From Silvanigrellaceae bacterium (GTDB lineage Bacteria; Bdellovibrionota_B; Oligoflexia; Silvanigrellales; Silvanigrellaceae): a stretch of 64,000 nt of DNA. The notes under the pieces were generated by a model, which worked only from the letters and a program-made list of their open reading frames with translations, was not told where the DNA came from and did no database searches. A program made the position numbers and the translations under genes. The stretch covers positions 8,746-72,745 of the forward strand of contig JBIIVH010000005.1 in assembly GCA_044339525.1 (NCBI GenBank), given 5' to 3'. This document shows, in pieces, positions 37,641 through 46,778 of this stretch. Position 1 is the first letter of the stretch. Each line of letters opens with the position of its first letter.

Positions 37641-38555
37641 ATGCCCATTACCGTAGCCAATGGACTTGAGTACTTTGCACCTCCGGATCCATCCAGCGCC
37701 CGGAAAGGAGTTCTTTTTTCCACGGCCACCGGCATTGTAAGCCAACTTTACCACCCCATTTTGCAAGAGTGGGCCAGTCTTTGGAACGCCCATCTCTTTG
37801 CCCACGACTACCCCGGATTTGGAGCCAGCCCAGAATCAGGGTCCGTGCTCTACCAACTGGGAAAACCGAGAATCTGGGATGTATTACAAATGTATGTCAA
37901 GAAAGCATTCTGGAATGCGAAATCCCATCTCATCGATCATCATAGCCTTCCCCCGAATTTTCAGTGGACTTTGGCAGGTCATAGCCTGGGGGGCTGGCTC
38001 TCCATGCAAGTGGCCACATCCCTTTTTGTGAAGGAGGTGGTGGCCTTAGACATTCCCATTTTAACGTACCAACAAGACTTAGCTTGGAGTCTGGCTTCGC
38101 AGCTGGGTTTTCAGGGCTTACACCCCTTAGCCAAATCGGCTAGACACCGAAAACTCCATTTAGGAGACCCAAAAGAAGCGGTTCGTTACTTTAAGAAAAA
38201 TGCTTTTTTTCAAGGATGGCCAGAAGAAACCATTCTTCAATACATTCAATTTCACTATCAACCCCTTGAAAAAGGAACCATGGTGTTGGGGCATGACTCC
38301 CATCTAGAGTCGGACATTTTCGAGAGCCAACCCCGAACCTTTCTTTCGAGCGTGCCTTTTCAAAAAAATTGGAATGAAACTCTCACCGTCCGGGCGCTGT
38401 ATGGGAAGGAAAGCCCCTTTTGTCATGCCAAAGCCAAACGTGAGTTGAACGCACTTTGTGGAACTCTCCACTGGCAAGAAGTTCCAGGTAGACATATGTT
38501 TGTGTTTAGTCACCCACAAGAATTCCTGGAACTCCTAAATAAACAAAAAAGCTAG
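37641..38555 (+). CDS. alpha/beta hydrolase
   Basis: Nucleophile elbow GHSLGG, about 300 aa. The start is taken at the ATG at 37641. The track start (GTG at 37629) overlaps the upstream stop. Confidence 0.65.
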   Translation: MPITVANGLEYFAPPDPSSARKGVLFSTATGIVSQLYHPILQEWASLWNAHLFAHDYPGFGASPESGSVLYQLGKPRIWDVLQMYVKKAFWNAKSHLIDHHSLPPNFQWTLAGHSLGGWLSMQVATSLFVKEVVALDIPILTYQQDLAWSLASQLGFQGLHPLAKSARHRKLHLGDPKEAVRYFKKNAFFQGWPEETILQYIQFHYQPLEKGTMVLGHDSHLESDIFESQPRTFLSSVPFQKNWNETLTVRALYGKESPFCHAKAKRELNALCGTLHWQEVPGRHMFVFSHPQEFLELLNKQKS

Positions 38556-38556
38556 A

Positions 38557-39909
38557 TTATTTTGAATTTAAAAACCGCACCACATCATAGGTTTCGTTAA
38601 TGGTTCTTTGGTTGATGGAAGGGTGTGAATCATTTGTATTCCTCACGGGATGATACCCAAAGTTAAGCACGATGTAGTTTCCATTCGATTTATACTCATC
38701 TGCCGTTTTGAAGTGCATGAGATTCAGAGGGAGAGCTCCCACCGCCGTAAAATCGGAAGCCTTTCCTAGCCGCACCCGAGCCATGGTTTGCACATGACAA
38801 CCCGTACAGTCGGGTCCTCTCTCACCCGTTTTAAGATCAGGCAACTTGGTGAGCCGTGGGTTTTCCAAATTATTGGCGGCTGTTAATCCCAATTCCTTTT
38901 TATCAGCCGCCAGTTTGGTGGGATCTCCAAGAACATTCAATACATCAGCATGCACCCCATTGCTCGTGGGAACGATGGTTCCCACCGCTCCTGAGGCATT
39001 AAAACCCACATTATCCACGGCCGAATCGGACTGTTCCACCATAAACATCTTAGGCACGACCACCAACTTGCCATTTTGCACCACTGAAATTTTCCATTCC
39101 CAGCGGGTGCCTCCCGTAGGCGGCCGGTCTTTTTTAGTAACCATGATGGCCACTCCTTTTAATTTGGAAGCCGTTGCATTTTTCAAAACCACCGCTTTTA
39201 CCCTCTTAAAAATCTCCATTTTTTCACCATCAAACAGAATCCCATTGTCGATATCTCTGGATTCGTTGCTATCTAGCCCCACTAGACAAGGATGAGGTCC
39301 AATGGGTTTATTAGGACTGTTGTTTAACATCACTCTGCAATTTTCCGTTTGATGAAAAGCGTCCTGGAGCTCCGTCAACACCTGAGGAGCCTCGGATTTT
39401 TCCATGCGATAAACAAAGTGTAAGCCGGCATCCGCCAAAGCGTTTGTGGTTCCGTTGGCTGGTTTGGGGTTCCAATATTGGGCTGTGAGTCGAAACTCGC
39501 CTTCACAACTCTCCACTGGGGTACCTGGCTCACCCGGTGATTTGGCCACAAAGGCTTGTGGAGCACAAGGATCATAACGAATCCCGGAGATAAAAGTATT
39601 GGCATAAATTTCATCTAAAGTTCCAAAAATGTCCTTGGTGACTCCTTCCTTAAAGTTGGCATCATGCACCACTGTAAAAAAGTCTTTTGGCATGATATTT
39701 CCCTCTGCTGCCCCAATTTTGGCAGACGGGTTGGTTAACTTTCCCGCCCGAGGTAAGAGAAAAGAAACGTCTATGGGAGAGACCTTTTGAACCTTTCTTG
39801 CCACGTCCGTGGTGGCATTGACACCAGCACTTGAAGTGGAGCGCGTTTTGCAACCTACCCCCAATATCCCTAGACACAAACCCGCCCAAATGATTCTTTG
39901 TTTACTCAT
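38557..39909 (-). CDS. hypothetical secreted protein with a single CXXCH motif
   Basis: 450 aa with signal peptide MSKQRIIWAGLCLGILGVGC. CTGCH lies near the C-terminus. No other recognised motif. Confidence 0.5.
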   Translation of the reverse strand: MSKQRIIWAGLCLGILGVGCKTRSTSSAGVNATTDVARKVQKVSPIDVSFLLPRAGKLTNPSAKIGAAEGNIMPKDFFTVVHDANFKEGVTKDIFGTLDEIYANTFISGIRYDPCAPQAFVAKSPGEPGTPVESCEGEFRLTAQYWNPKPANGTTNALADAGLHFVYRMEKSEAPQVLTELQDAFHQTENCRVMLNNSPNKPIGPHPCLVGLDSNESRDIDNGILFDGEKMEIFKRVKAVVLKNATASKLKGVAIMVTKKDRPPTGGTRWEWKISVVQNGKLVVVPKMFMVEQSDSAVDNVGFNASGAVGTIVPTSNGVHADVLNVLGDPTKLAADKKELGLTAANNLENPRLTKLPDLKTGERGPDCTGCHVQTMARVRLGKASDFTAVGALPLNLMHFKTADEYKSNGNYIVLNFGYHPVRNTNDSHPSINQRTINETYDVVRFLNSK

Positions 39910-39950
39910 GAAAACCTCCCTGTAATTTTACCTACTGATTTTCGTCCCCC

Positions 39951-39975
39951 AAAAAAAGGTCGTTGGACCCTTTTT
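39951..39975 (-). terminator. candidate bidirectional intrinsic terminator
   Basis: A7-GGTC-gttg-GACC-c-T5 on the + strand. On the - strand the GGTC/GACC tetraloop hairpin is followed directly by T7, and flanking A/T runs can extend the stem. It lies between the 40062 gene stop and the 39909 gene start. The GC core is short. Confidence 0.35.
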
Positions 39976-40061
39976 GTCCCATCTAACTTTTTTTTAACGG
40001 TTATTCTCCAGTTTTTTCTATTCTGAGTTTAAATTTTGATAACTCTAAGTAAATTCATTTC

Positions 40062-40538
40062 TTAAGGAAGGTCAGATAAGGCCACTTTGGCCCGGTCCAC
40101 AATCCACAACGCCCTACCCTTCCGATAATTTCTTTGATCTTTCACAACATCTCCCAGAAGTCTTTTCTTTTCATTATGTTCCAAAAGTTCACGCTTCACG
40201 ATTTTCTTCAGCGCATGATCCCGAACCACCAAAGCCTTATCCTGTAAACCTTGAGAAAGCGCCTCTTTACAAAAGGGGCTGGATTTTTCCAGGCAGTACC
40301 GATCTAAATACTCTATCCTTCCAATCCAAGTGAGTTTTGGGGCATGCCTAGAAAGGTTTGGCTGATTTTCCTGGGAAATTAACTCCGTAACAATGATTTT
40401 TTCCTTGCTGTGGATGTACCCAATTTCATCTTGCTGAGCCTGAATGGGCTGGGCAAATAGACACAAGACACTGGTCTGGATGAGTAAAGTGAATTTGACT
40501 ATTGAAATCTCTAAATTTGGAAACTTAATCCAATTCAT
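40062..40538 (-). CDS. hypothetical periplasmic protein
   Basis: Trimmed to the ATG at 40538 (MNWIKFPNLEISIVKFTLLIQTSVLCLFAQPIQA, a signal peptide). The rest is helical and HEAT-like. No firm motif. Confidence 0.45.
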   Translation of the reverse strand: MNWIKFPNLEISIVKFTLLIQTSVLCLFAQPIQAQQDEIGYIHSKEKIIVTELISQENQPNLSRHAPKLTWIGRIEYLDRYCLEKSSPFCKEALSQGLQDKALVVRDHALKKIVKRELLEHNEKKRLLGDVVKDQRNYRKGRALWIVDRAKVALSDLP

Positions 40539-40904
40539 AAAGTAACAATCCTTCCTCAAACCCAAATCTCAACCCAAATTTTACTTTCATCCACACTTTG
40601 CAAAAAGGACCAATCCCTTTCCGGTGTCAACAAAGCACCACATTAACTCTTCTTATCCCCCAAAGAATCTCTCATGACTCTTGAGACAAAATATCAACCG
40701 TATGTTTTTACAAGATATTATGATTTTTTTAAAAAACAACATGAGTCTTTGTTAATTATTTTAAAACTTCTACCGATGAAAGTCTCAAATACATTATGAG
40801 TTTTTGATTTTTTAACAGAGATTAAAATTTCTTTAGAGATCAAACAAAAAACACGGCAGGGAGCAAGGCAGCTCCTTGATACGGAACAGGGAGGAAAGTG
40901 TACC

Positions 40905-41480
40905 ATGAGGAGTAACGCACAAAATATGGAACCCAGGGTTTGGTTTTATTATGCCAAAGAGCAACAAGTTGGACCTTTGAGAGAATCAGAGCTTAGACAT
41001 GCCATTGCTTCCGGTCTAGTTACCTTGGATGACTACATTTACAAAGAAGGCTATGCCGATTGGAAGTTTTTAAGGGAAGTGAAAGAGTTGAGCGACACTC
41101 TCAAATCAGCCGGATCTCCACCCGTGCCAAGAGAAGCCGTAAAAAACTCCCTAAAAAACAATCGCACCATGAATCGGGCACCCATACGCGAATTGGTGGT
41201 GGCACATAATGAAGCCAATGTGGCCTTTGGTCACATCAGTAACATCTCAGTGAATGGAGTTTTCTTAGAAACTCCGGACAATGTATTTGAACTCAATGAT
41301 GAGCTTAAACTCACGTTAAAAGAAGGCAGAGGACTGGGGAAACCCATGCATCTTAAGGCGGTGGTGGTGAGGCTGGTTAATCAAGCCGGAATGAAAGGTT
41401 ACGGGCTGGAACTTCGGGGGATTGATGAAACCATTAAAGCAAAAATATCGGAATACGTGAAGAAAAATCAGGCTTCTTAG
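40905..41480 (+). CDS. GYF_2 (DUF4339)-PilZ domain protein, putative c-di-GMP receptor
   Basis: 191 aa with GGGAGGA upstream. The N-terminus WFYYAKEQQVGPLRESELRHAI...GYADWKF is GYF_2-like. The PilZ motifs are RTMNR (RxxxR) and NISVNG (D/NxSxxG). Confidence 0.7.
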   Translation: MRSNAQNMEPRVWFYYAKEQQVGPLRESELRHAIASGLVTLDDYIYKEGYADWKFLREVKELSDTLKSAGSPPVPREAVKNSLKNNRTMNRAPIRELVVAHNEANVAFGHISNISVNGVFLETPDNVFELNDELKLTLKEGRGLGKPMHLKAVVVRLVNQAGMKGYGLELRGIDETIKAKISEYVKKNQAS

Positions 41481-41532
41481 AACTTTGAATCCAAAAAAAT
41501 CACACAGGCCACTATCTGTTGAAGGAGAACCC

Positions 41533-42795
41533 ATGAATCTTGCCGCCAAACCAGAAACCACAAAACCAGACGTTCCACGCAGTGATCTTTTCAAGATGAT
41601 TGCCGAACCCACCTTAACTCGGTTTAGTGCGGAATCCAAAAAAGGGGCTGTTTTAAAATCATATAAGTTATTGACAGCTGAGCAAAAAGAAGACTTTATC
41701 AATCAATGTGCATACTTAAGTGTGGAGAAATTCAAAAACCACCAGAAGCAAGATGGCTCCGTTTACTTAATCCTATGTTCCATGGCTACGGAACGGGAAT
41801 GGGAGGCCATGAGTTCCTTTTTAAAATCACTATTGCACCAATCTTCTTCCGCAGAACTCTACCGAGAAATTGCTATGATCTTGCTAGACCTAGCCGACAA
41901 CGACCTAGGTGATAAAAATTCCAAACTGCCATTGGGTCAGACGGCTCTCGTGATGCTCACGGAAATGGGCCTCCTATTGGCCAACCAAACCGGACAAAGT
42001 AACTTAGAATACAAAGAAGTGGCACGTATCATTGAATACATCACCACCAATCTTTTGGCCCGTTCCAACATGAATAACACCGCCATTCGAGTGGCATTGG
42101 TTCACTATTTAAACCACACAAATGCCACAGGTACCTCCACACTTCAGCTTGGTCGTGTGATCAGTCGGTTTGGACAATCCCTTCTAGATGAAATCCTATT
42201 GACCTTTTTTGAAGACAAAAAACGAGGAAACGCCGCTTTCTTTTTTATGGTGGAAAACCTCCATGCGTTTTTTACATCCACCAGTGCTTTGGCAGAGATG
42301 TGTCTGAACGTACTCAAACACCACATGCTCAAATTTCCCGGGGAATTTCCTTCCTTTTTTGCGTCTTTTATGGATCAATGCAAACGAGATCCAGGTCATG
42401 CCAAAATGATTTCCCAGCTGCTCGCTGGGCTCATTCGAAGTTCCATCGAAGTGACACAAAGGTCTTTGTTTGATAACCTTAAGAAACTATTTTTGAAACA
42501 TCTCCAAACCATCCAAAGTGAGGAGGGGATTGATTTTCAAGAACACCTGCAGCTTTGTTACCAAATTCTTCAGGCGGGAGCCAATGGGTCACCCACCTCC
42601 ATTCGTGGCCGGAATCTTTTGCTGGATGAAGTTTTAAAGGATCTCCAAACCTTAAAAACAGAATCCCTTGCGGCGCAGCAAACCAAACCCCCACTCATGG
42701 GCAAGCTGAAAAAACCGAAAGACAATTCCGTCAAACTGGCCAAATTTGGAGAAAAACCCTCTCCCCTGGAATCCATGCTACAACTGGCTTGTTAA
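41533..42795 (+). CDS. hypothetical all-helical protein
   Basis: Start taken at the ATG at 41533, preceded by GAAGGAGA. About 420 aa, helical-repeat-like. No motif recognised. Confidence 0.5.
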   Translation: MNLAAKPETTKPDVPRSDLFKMIAEPTLTRFSAESKKGAVLKSYKLLTAEQKEDFINQCAYLSVEKFKNHQKQDGSVYLILCSMATEREWEAMSSFLKSLLHQSSSAELYREIAMILLDLADNDLGDKNSKLPLGQTALVMLTEMGLLLANQTGQSNLEYKEVARIIEYITTNLLARSNMNNTAIRVALVHYLNHTNATGTSTLQLGRVISRFGQSLLDEILLTFFEDKKRGNAAFFFMVENLHAFFTSTSALAEMCLNVLKHHMLKFPGEFPSFFASFMDQCKRDPGHAKMISQLLAGLIRSSIEVTQRSLFDNLKKLFLKHLQTIQSEEGIDFQEHLQLCYQILQAGANGSPTSIRGRNLLLDEVLKDLQTLKTESLAAQQTKPPLMGKLKKPKDNSVKLAKFGEKPSPLESMLQLAC

Positions 42796-42818
42796 CCTCA
42801 TCGAAAATTTCAAACGGC

Positions 42819-43676
42819 TTAGTGAGAATCTTCCTTTGAATCAAACTCCGGGGGTGGTTTCTCTCCTAAATACTCTCCAGGATTATCATATAAAATCTTA
42901 ATATCTACTCTACGATTTAGGCTTCTATTTTCAGGGGAATCATTGGCGGCCACCGGTATGGTGTCTGCAAACCCGGCCGCATAAATCAACTCCCGATCCA
43001 TCTTATGCTTTTCGATGATGTACCTCACCACCGCTGTGGCCCGTGTGGCAGAAAGTTCCCAGTTGGTTTGTCCGTTCATTTGAAAGGGCAAGGCATCGGT
43101 GTGTCCCTCCACTCGAACGCGTCTTCCCATCTCTTTAATGATCTGTGCCACAGCATCCAATGGCACTTTGGCTTCTTCATTCAGTTCCGATCGGCTGGAT
43201 TTAAAAAATTTGCGGGCCAGAAGCGAAATTCGAATGCCATCGGTGTCCCGATTGACAAAAATCACTTGATCTGGATTCCCCTCTTTTTTGGCGCTGCTAA
43301 AGTCCTTACTCCCGTAAAGTCTATCTTCCAAAATTTGCTCAATTTTTTGAGACTCCGCAGAGATCAAAGCGGCCTGCTCCTTTCTTAAAAATTTTAAAAA
43401 ACTCTCCCGATTGGTGTTCCCTTTCACTCGGTCAAAAATCCCATCTGCCCGAGAATTGCCTTTGGGAGTCACTCCCTCTTTCGCATCAGGATGTTCCGTA
43501 ATCATTCCGAAGGCTTTTTGAATGGACGTGGAAGCCTTTTTTAGTTTTTCCATTTCGATATTGGCTAAGCTATATAATACCACAAAAAGGGCAAACAAAA
43601 GGGTCATCATGTCTGCAAAGGCCACTAGCCATCGCTCATGATTTTCAAATTCTGGGCAGGGTTGCTTTTTGGCCAA
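42819..43676 (-). CDS. motB: flagellar motor stator protein MotB (OmpA-like C-terminal domain)
   Basis: 285 aa. N-terminal TM segment with the conserved Asp (WLVAFADMMTLLFALFVVL). The C-terminus is OmpA-like: VRVEGHTDALPF...NWELSATRATAVVRYI. Confidence 0.85.
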   Translation of the reverse strand: MAKKQPCPEFENHERWLVAFADMMTLLFALFVVLYSLANIEMEKLKKASTSIQKAFGMITEHPDAKEGVTPKGNSRADGIFDRVKGNTNRESFLKFLRKEQAALISAESQKIEQILEDRLYGSKDFSSAKKEGNPDQVIFVNRDTDGIRISLLARKFFKSSRSELNEEAKVPLDAVAQIIKEMGRRVRVEGHTDALPFQMNGQTNWELSATRATAVVRYIIEKHKMDRELIYAAGFADTIPVAANDSPENRSLNRRVDIKILYDNPGEYLGEKPPPEFDSKEDSH

Positions 43677-43702
43677 AGGAGTCGCTCCTGTGTCACTTTA
43701 AG

Positions 43703-44452
43703 TTAATGCCCATCTGATGCCATCCCTTTTAACCGCTCTACCAATACCTTTGGGGAATGGCTATGGGCAATGCCAAGCACTCCAATGGCCGCCATTTCTC
43801 GAAAGGTTTTTTTCTGATGGCACATGCGCTTGATTTTTTTCCCCGCTGGCAGGGCAAAAAGGTTGGCGATGGCCACTCCATAAATCGTCGCAATAAACGC
43901 GGTTGCAATCCCTGGACCAATTTTTTCGGGATTGTTTAAGTTCTGCATCACCACCATAAGACCCAATACCGCTCCAATGATCCCTACCGTGGGCGAAAAG
44001 GCTCCAATATCTTCCCAAAATTTGGCGGCCAACTCTTCTTCCTCAAAATGATGCATGATTTCTGTTTCTAAGACCTCTTGGATCACCACAGGATCTGTAT
44101 TATCCACCAGCATTTGGATGCCTTTGGCCAAAAAGGGATTCGTTAGGTTTGCAATTTCTTTCTCCAGCGCCAAAAAACCATCTTTTCGAGCCAAGATGGA
44201 TAGACGCTCAATATCTTGAATGAGAGCGTGGGAATCACTCTTGGGACCATTTAAAAAAAGCCCCAAAGACTTAATGCTAAAAATGAGATCCTTCATGGGA
44301 TAGGCAATCACCACGGCGGCAAGGCTGCCCACTCCCACAATCATGAGGGCGCTTCCCCCCCAAAGGGAAACGATGGGCAATCCTTTGATCACGGCCGTGC
44401 CCAACACGGCAACGATTCCTAAGATGGGTCCAATGATACTGGTTAATTCCAT
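43703..44452 (-). CDS. motA: flagellar motor stator protein MotA
   Basis: Trimmed to the ATG at 44452 (MELTSIIGPILGIVAVLG). MotA/TolQ/ExbB channel region ...GPGIATAFIATIYGVAIANLFALP. Immediately upstream of motB. Confidence 0.85.
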   Translation of the reverse strand: MELTSIIGPILGIVAVLGTAVIKGLPIVSLWGGSALMIVGVGSLAAVVIAYPMKDLIFSIKSLGLFLNGPKSDSHALIQDIERLSILARKDGFLALEKEIANLTNPFLAKGIQMLVDNTDPVVIQEVLETEIMHHFEEEELAAKFWEDIGAFSPTVGIIGAVLGLMVVMQNLNNPEKIGPGIATAFIATIYGVAIANLFALPAGKKIKRMCHQKKTFREMAAIGVLGIAHSHSPKVLVERLKGMASDGH

Positions 44453-44610
44453 GGTTTCGTCCAACAAACTAAAAAAAGGGGCCCAATTCGACGCTACCAC
44501 GTATTGGAAGGAGGCAAGTGACAATTAAACCAAGCACTAGGCAAAAAGGGACCTCCTTTGTATAGTAACATTCACTGGAGATACGATAAAGGAACATTGG
44601 GAGAGAATCT

Positions 44611-45552
44611 ATGATTACTGTTACACAAATGCAATACGCAATCGCTGTCTTAAAAAATAAGAGCTTCAGTGCGGCGGCTAAATATTGTAATGTTAGCCAA
44701 CCCACTCTAAGCCAGCAGATCGCTAAAATGGAAGACATTTTGGGATGCGTGGTCTTCGATCGAAATCTCCAACCTACTGAACCCACTTCCCTGGGCCTAA
44801 ATCTGATTCGACAGATGATTTATATTATGGAGCAGATGGATCAACTCAAAAGCCTGGCTCAGCACCCAGATTCCCTGGTGGGGCTCCTCAAAATTGCCAT
44901 CATTCCCACGTTAAGTGTTTCTCTGTTACCTTACTTAATCCCACTCCTACAGTCCAAAACACCAGGCATTCGCTTTGAAATCGAAGAGCTTCAAACCCAA
45001 CACATCGTGGAACGTCTCCTCAACGAAACCTTGGACGCAGCCATTTGTGTCACTCCTTTGGAGGTTTCAAGCCTGCACTCTGAAGTGCTTTTTTATGAGC
45101 CCCTCTGGGTGTGTGCCCACCCCCAACATCCCTTGGCAACTCTCACACAATGTTCCCAGGATCATCTTTCTGCCGAAGGATTATGGCTTTTGCAAGAGGG
45201 TCATTGCCTAAGAGGTCAGATGTTAAACCTATGCCAGATCTCCCAATATTCTAAATTAAGGGATCCCCAAAACGTTCTTTTAGATGTGGGCAATTTGGCC
45301 TGCTTAGGGGCATTGGTGGAGAAATCGGGAGGCTATACCATTCTGCCCCAACTCTCCCTGCCCTCAGCGCCTTCAAACGTCAAGCTCCTACCTTTTGAGG
45401 CTCCGATTCCTTGCCGGGAGGTGAGTTTTGTTTCCGCTAGACCAGAGAAAAAAAAGCATTTATTCGATGCCTTTTTAGTTGCCGTTCATGAGTCGCTGCC
45501 ACAAGACATCTTAGATTTTGACAAAAGTGGGGTGAAGATCATTCCTTTGTAA
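44611..45552 (+). CDS. LysR-family transcriptional regulator, OxyR-like (redox Cys pair conserved)
   Basis: 313 aa. HTH region ...CNVSQPTLSQQIAKMED. The segment LQEGHCLRGQMLNLC keeps the two Cys at the i, i+9 spacing of OxyR C199/C208 within a GHCLRxQ context. Confidence 0.7.
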   Translation: MITVTQMQYAIAVLKNKSFSAAAKYCNVSQPTLSQQIAKMEDILGCVVFDRNLQPTEPTSLGLNLIRQMIYIMEQMDQLKSLAQHPDSLVGLLKIAIIPTLSVSLLPYLIPLLQSKTPGIRFEIEELQTQHIVERLLNETLDAAICVTPLEVSSLHSEVLFYEPLWVCAHPQHPLATLTQCSQDHLSAEGLWLLQEGHCLRGQMLNLCQISQYSKLRDPQNVLLDVGNLACLGALVEKSGGYTILPQLSLPSAPSNVKLLPFEAPIPCREVSFVSARPEKKKHLFDAFLVAVHESLPQDILDFDKSGVKIIPL

Positions 45553-45600
45553 CTTCAAAATAGCACTAAAAAACAGTTCTTATGCTGGGGTGTTTTTTCA

Positions 45601-46014
45601 TTAATTTACTATATAATCAAGATAAAGCAAACCCATAATGATAGTAAAAATCCCACCTAAAACCAACGAAAGATTGCCTGTCGCTAAAAGAAACGGGTTA
45701 CCTCCAACCAAAATCATCACATACCCCGCAGCTATAATGGCATGTGGAACAACTCTTTCATCCATTAATCCAAACTTACTCTTGGTGAGAGAATCCACAT
45801 CCTCTTCTGTTAAAGCAACACGTGTGTTTGATAGCCCATAGTCAGCGTCAAATTTTGCTGCAGCGATTATGGCTTTGTCATCACCTCCAAGCTCTTTTAC
45901 AGCTTTTTCGAAACCACCGGGTACAACCACGCTTAGTATTTTGTTTACTTCACCTGAGGCAGAAGATTCTGCTAACGACGTGGCTTTTTGTGAATTTCCA
46001 AATTTGGATTCCAT
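45601..46014 (-). CDS. C-terminal part of a TAG-interrupted paralog of the 15252-16094 gene
   Basis: 137 aa, colinear with residues about 145-280 of the 15252 protein. Matches include SLAESSASGEVNKILSVVVPGGFEKA vs SLAEPAEPSEESKWIKILLPNGFKGA, and a similar Gly-rich hydrophobic C-terminus. In frame with the ORF at 46060-46461. Confidence 0.55.
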   Translation of the reverse strand: MESKFGNSQKATSLAESSASGEVNKILSVVVPGGFEKAVKELGGDDKAIIAAAKFDADYGLSNTRVALTEEDVDSLTKSKFGLMDERVVPHAIIAAGYVMILVGGNPFLLATGNLSLVLGGIFTIIMGLLYLDYIVN

Positions 46015-46059
46015 TGAGGCTTTGGCATCTAAAAAATTTCTTTTAGAATCTGCAATTCG

Positions 46060-46461
46060 CTAGTTGATTTCTTGAGATGTGGCGGGTTTGCCCGTTTTAA
46101 ACTCCACCATTTTCGCTGCCAAAACAGTAAGAAGTGAAAACCAGATATTTTCAACAATATACATAGGATTGCTTAGGTTTTTGACGAGGTCAGGCGCCGC
46201 TTTGGCTGCCCGATTAATGGTCTCTAAGTTCGATGTTGCCAATTTTTGTAGCTGAGCAGGGAGCAGTTTAAGGGCATTTTGGCGGGTTTTGACTAGCCAG
46301 GGCGAATCCGACGAAGGACCCTTACTACTAGTGTCATCTAAGGATTCCGATGAGGTGCCTGACCTTTTGCAATTGTTTGCAACCAATACAAATGCGGAAA
46401 ACCCCGATTGAATTAATAATCTACGACTGGTCATCATCAAACTCCTTGTTTTGTAATCCAA
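46060..46461 (-). CDS. N-terminal part of a TAG-interrupted paralog of the 15252-16094 gene
   Basis: 133 aa. Signal-like N-terminus followed by Cys and a Ser-rich linker. APDLVKNLSNP aligns with APVASNLSKLKDP. The ORF ends ...TSQEIN-TAG where the paralog reads ...TAQKINEDI. Confidence 0.55.
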   Translation of the reverse strand: MDYKTRSLMMTSRRLLIQSGFSAFVLVANNCKRSGTSSESLDDTSSKGPSSDSPWLVKTRQNALKLLPAQLQKLATSNLETINRAAKAAPDLVKNLSNPMYIVENIWFSLLTVLAAKMVEFKTGKPATSQEIN

Positions 46462-46778
46462 ATCTAATTTGAAAGGATTTTACTCAATTCAATGTTAGGT
46501 TTCGACCTTGTTCTAAAAAGCTTGAAACTCCAAAAAATTGTCGCGGCGGTGATTTAAATGGTCTTAGTTTAGTTGCCTTAACTCACTTATACACTCGTTC
46601 CGAATGAATATTTGATTTTTATTGTTTAAATAATTAATGTTTTTATTTAAATACATGTTTTTTAAGTATTTTAATTTAATTTTTTATATTCTATTTTTTG
46701 TTCCGATAAATCAAAAAGAGAGAAAATCTCCTGGAACAAAATGGGTCACTAAAATTCCAACCCTAAAAGGACTCGAAA

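Noticed and set aside
40855-40870. GGCAGGGAGCAAGGCA upstream of the GYF-PilZ gene as a sigma54 promoter
   Set aside because: The spacing between the GG and GC dinucleotides is off by one and there is no TTGC -12 element.
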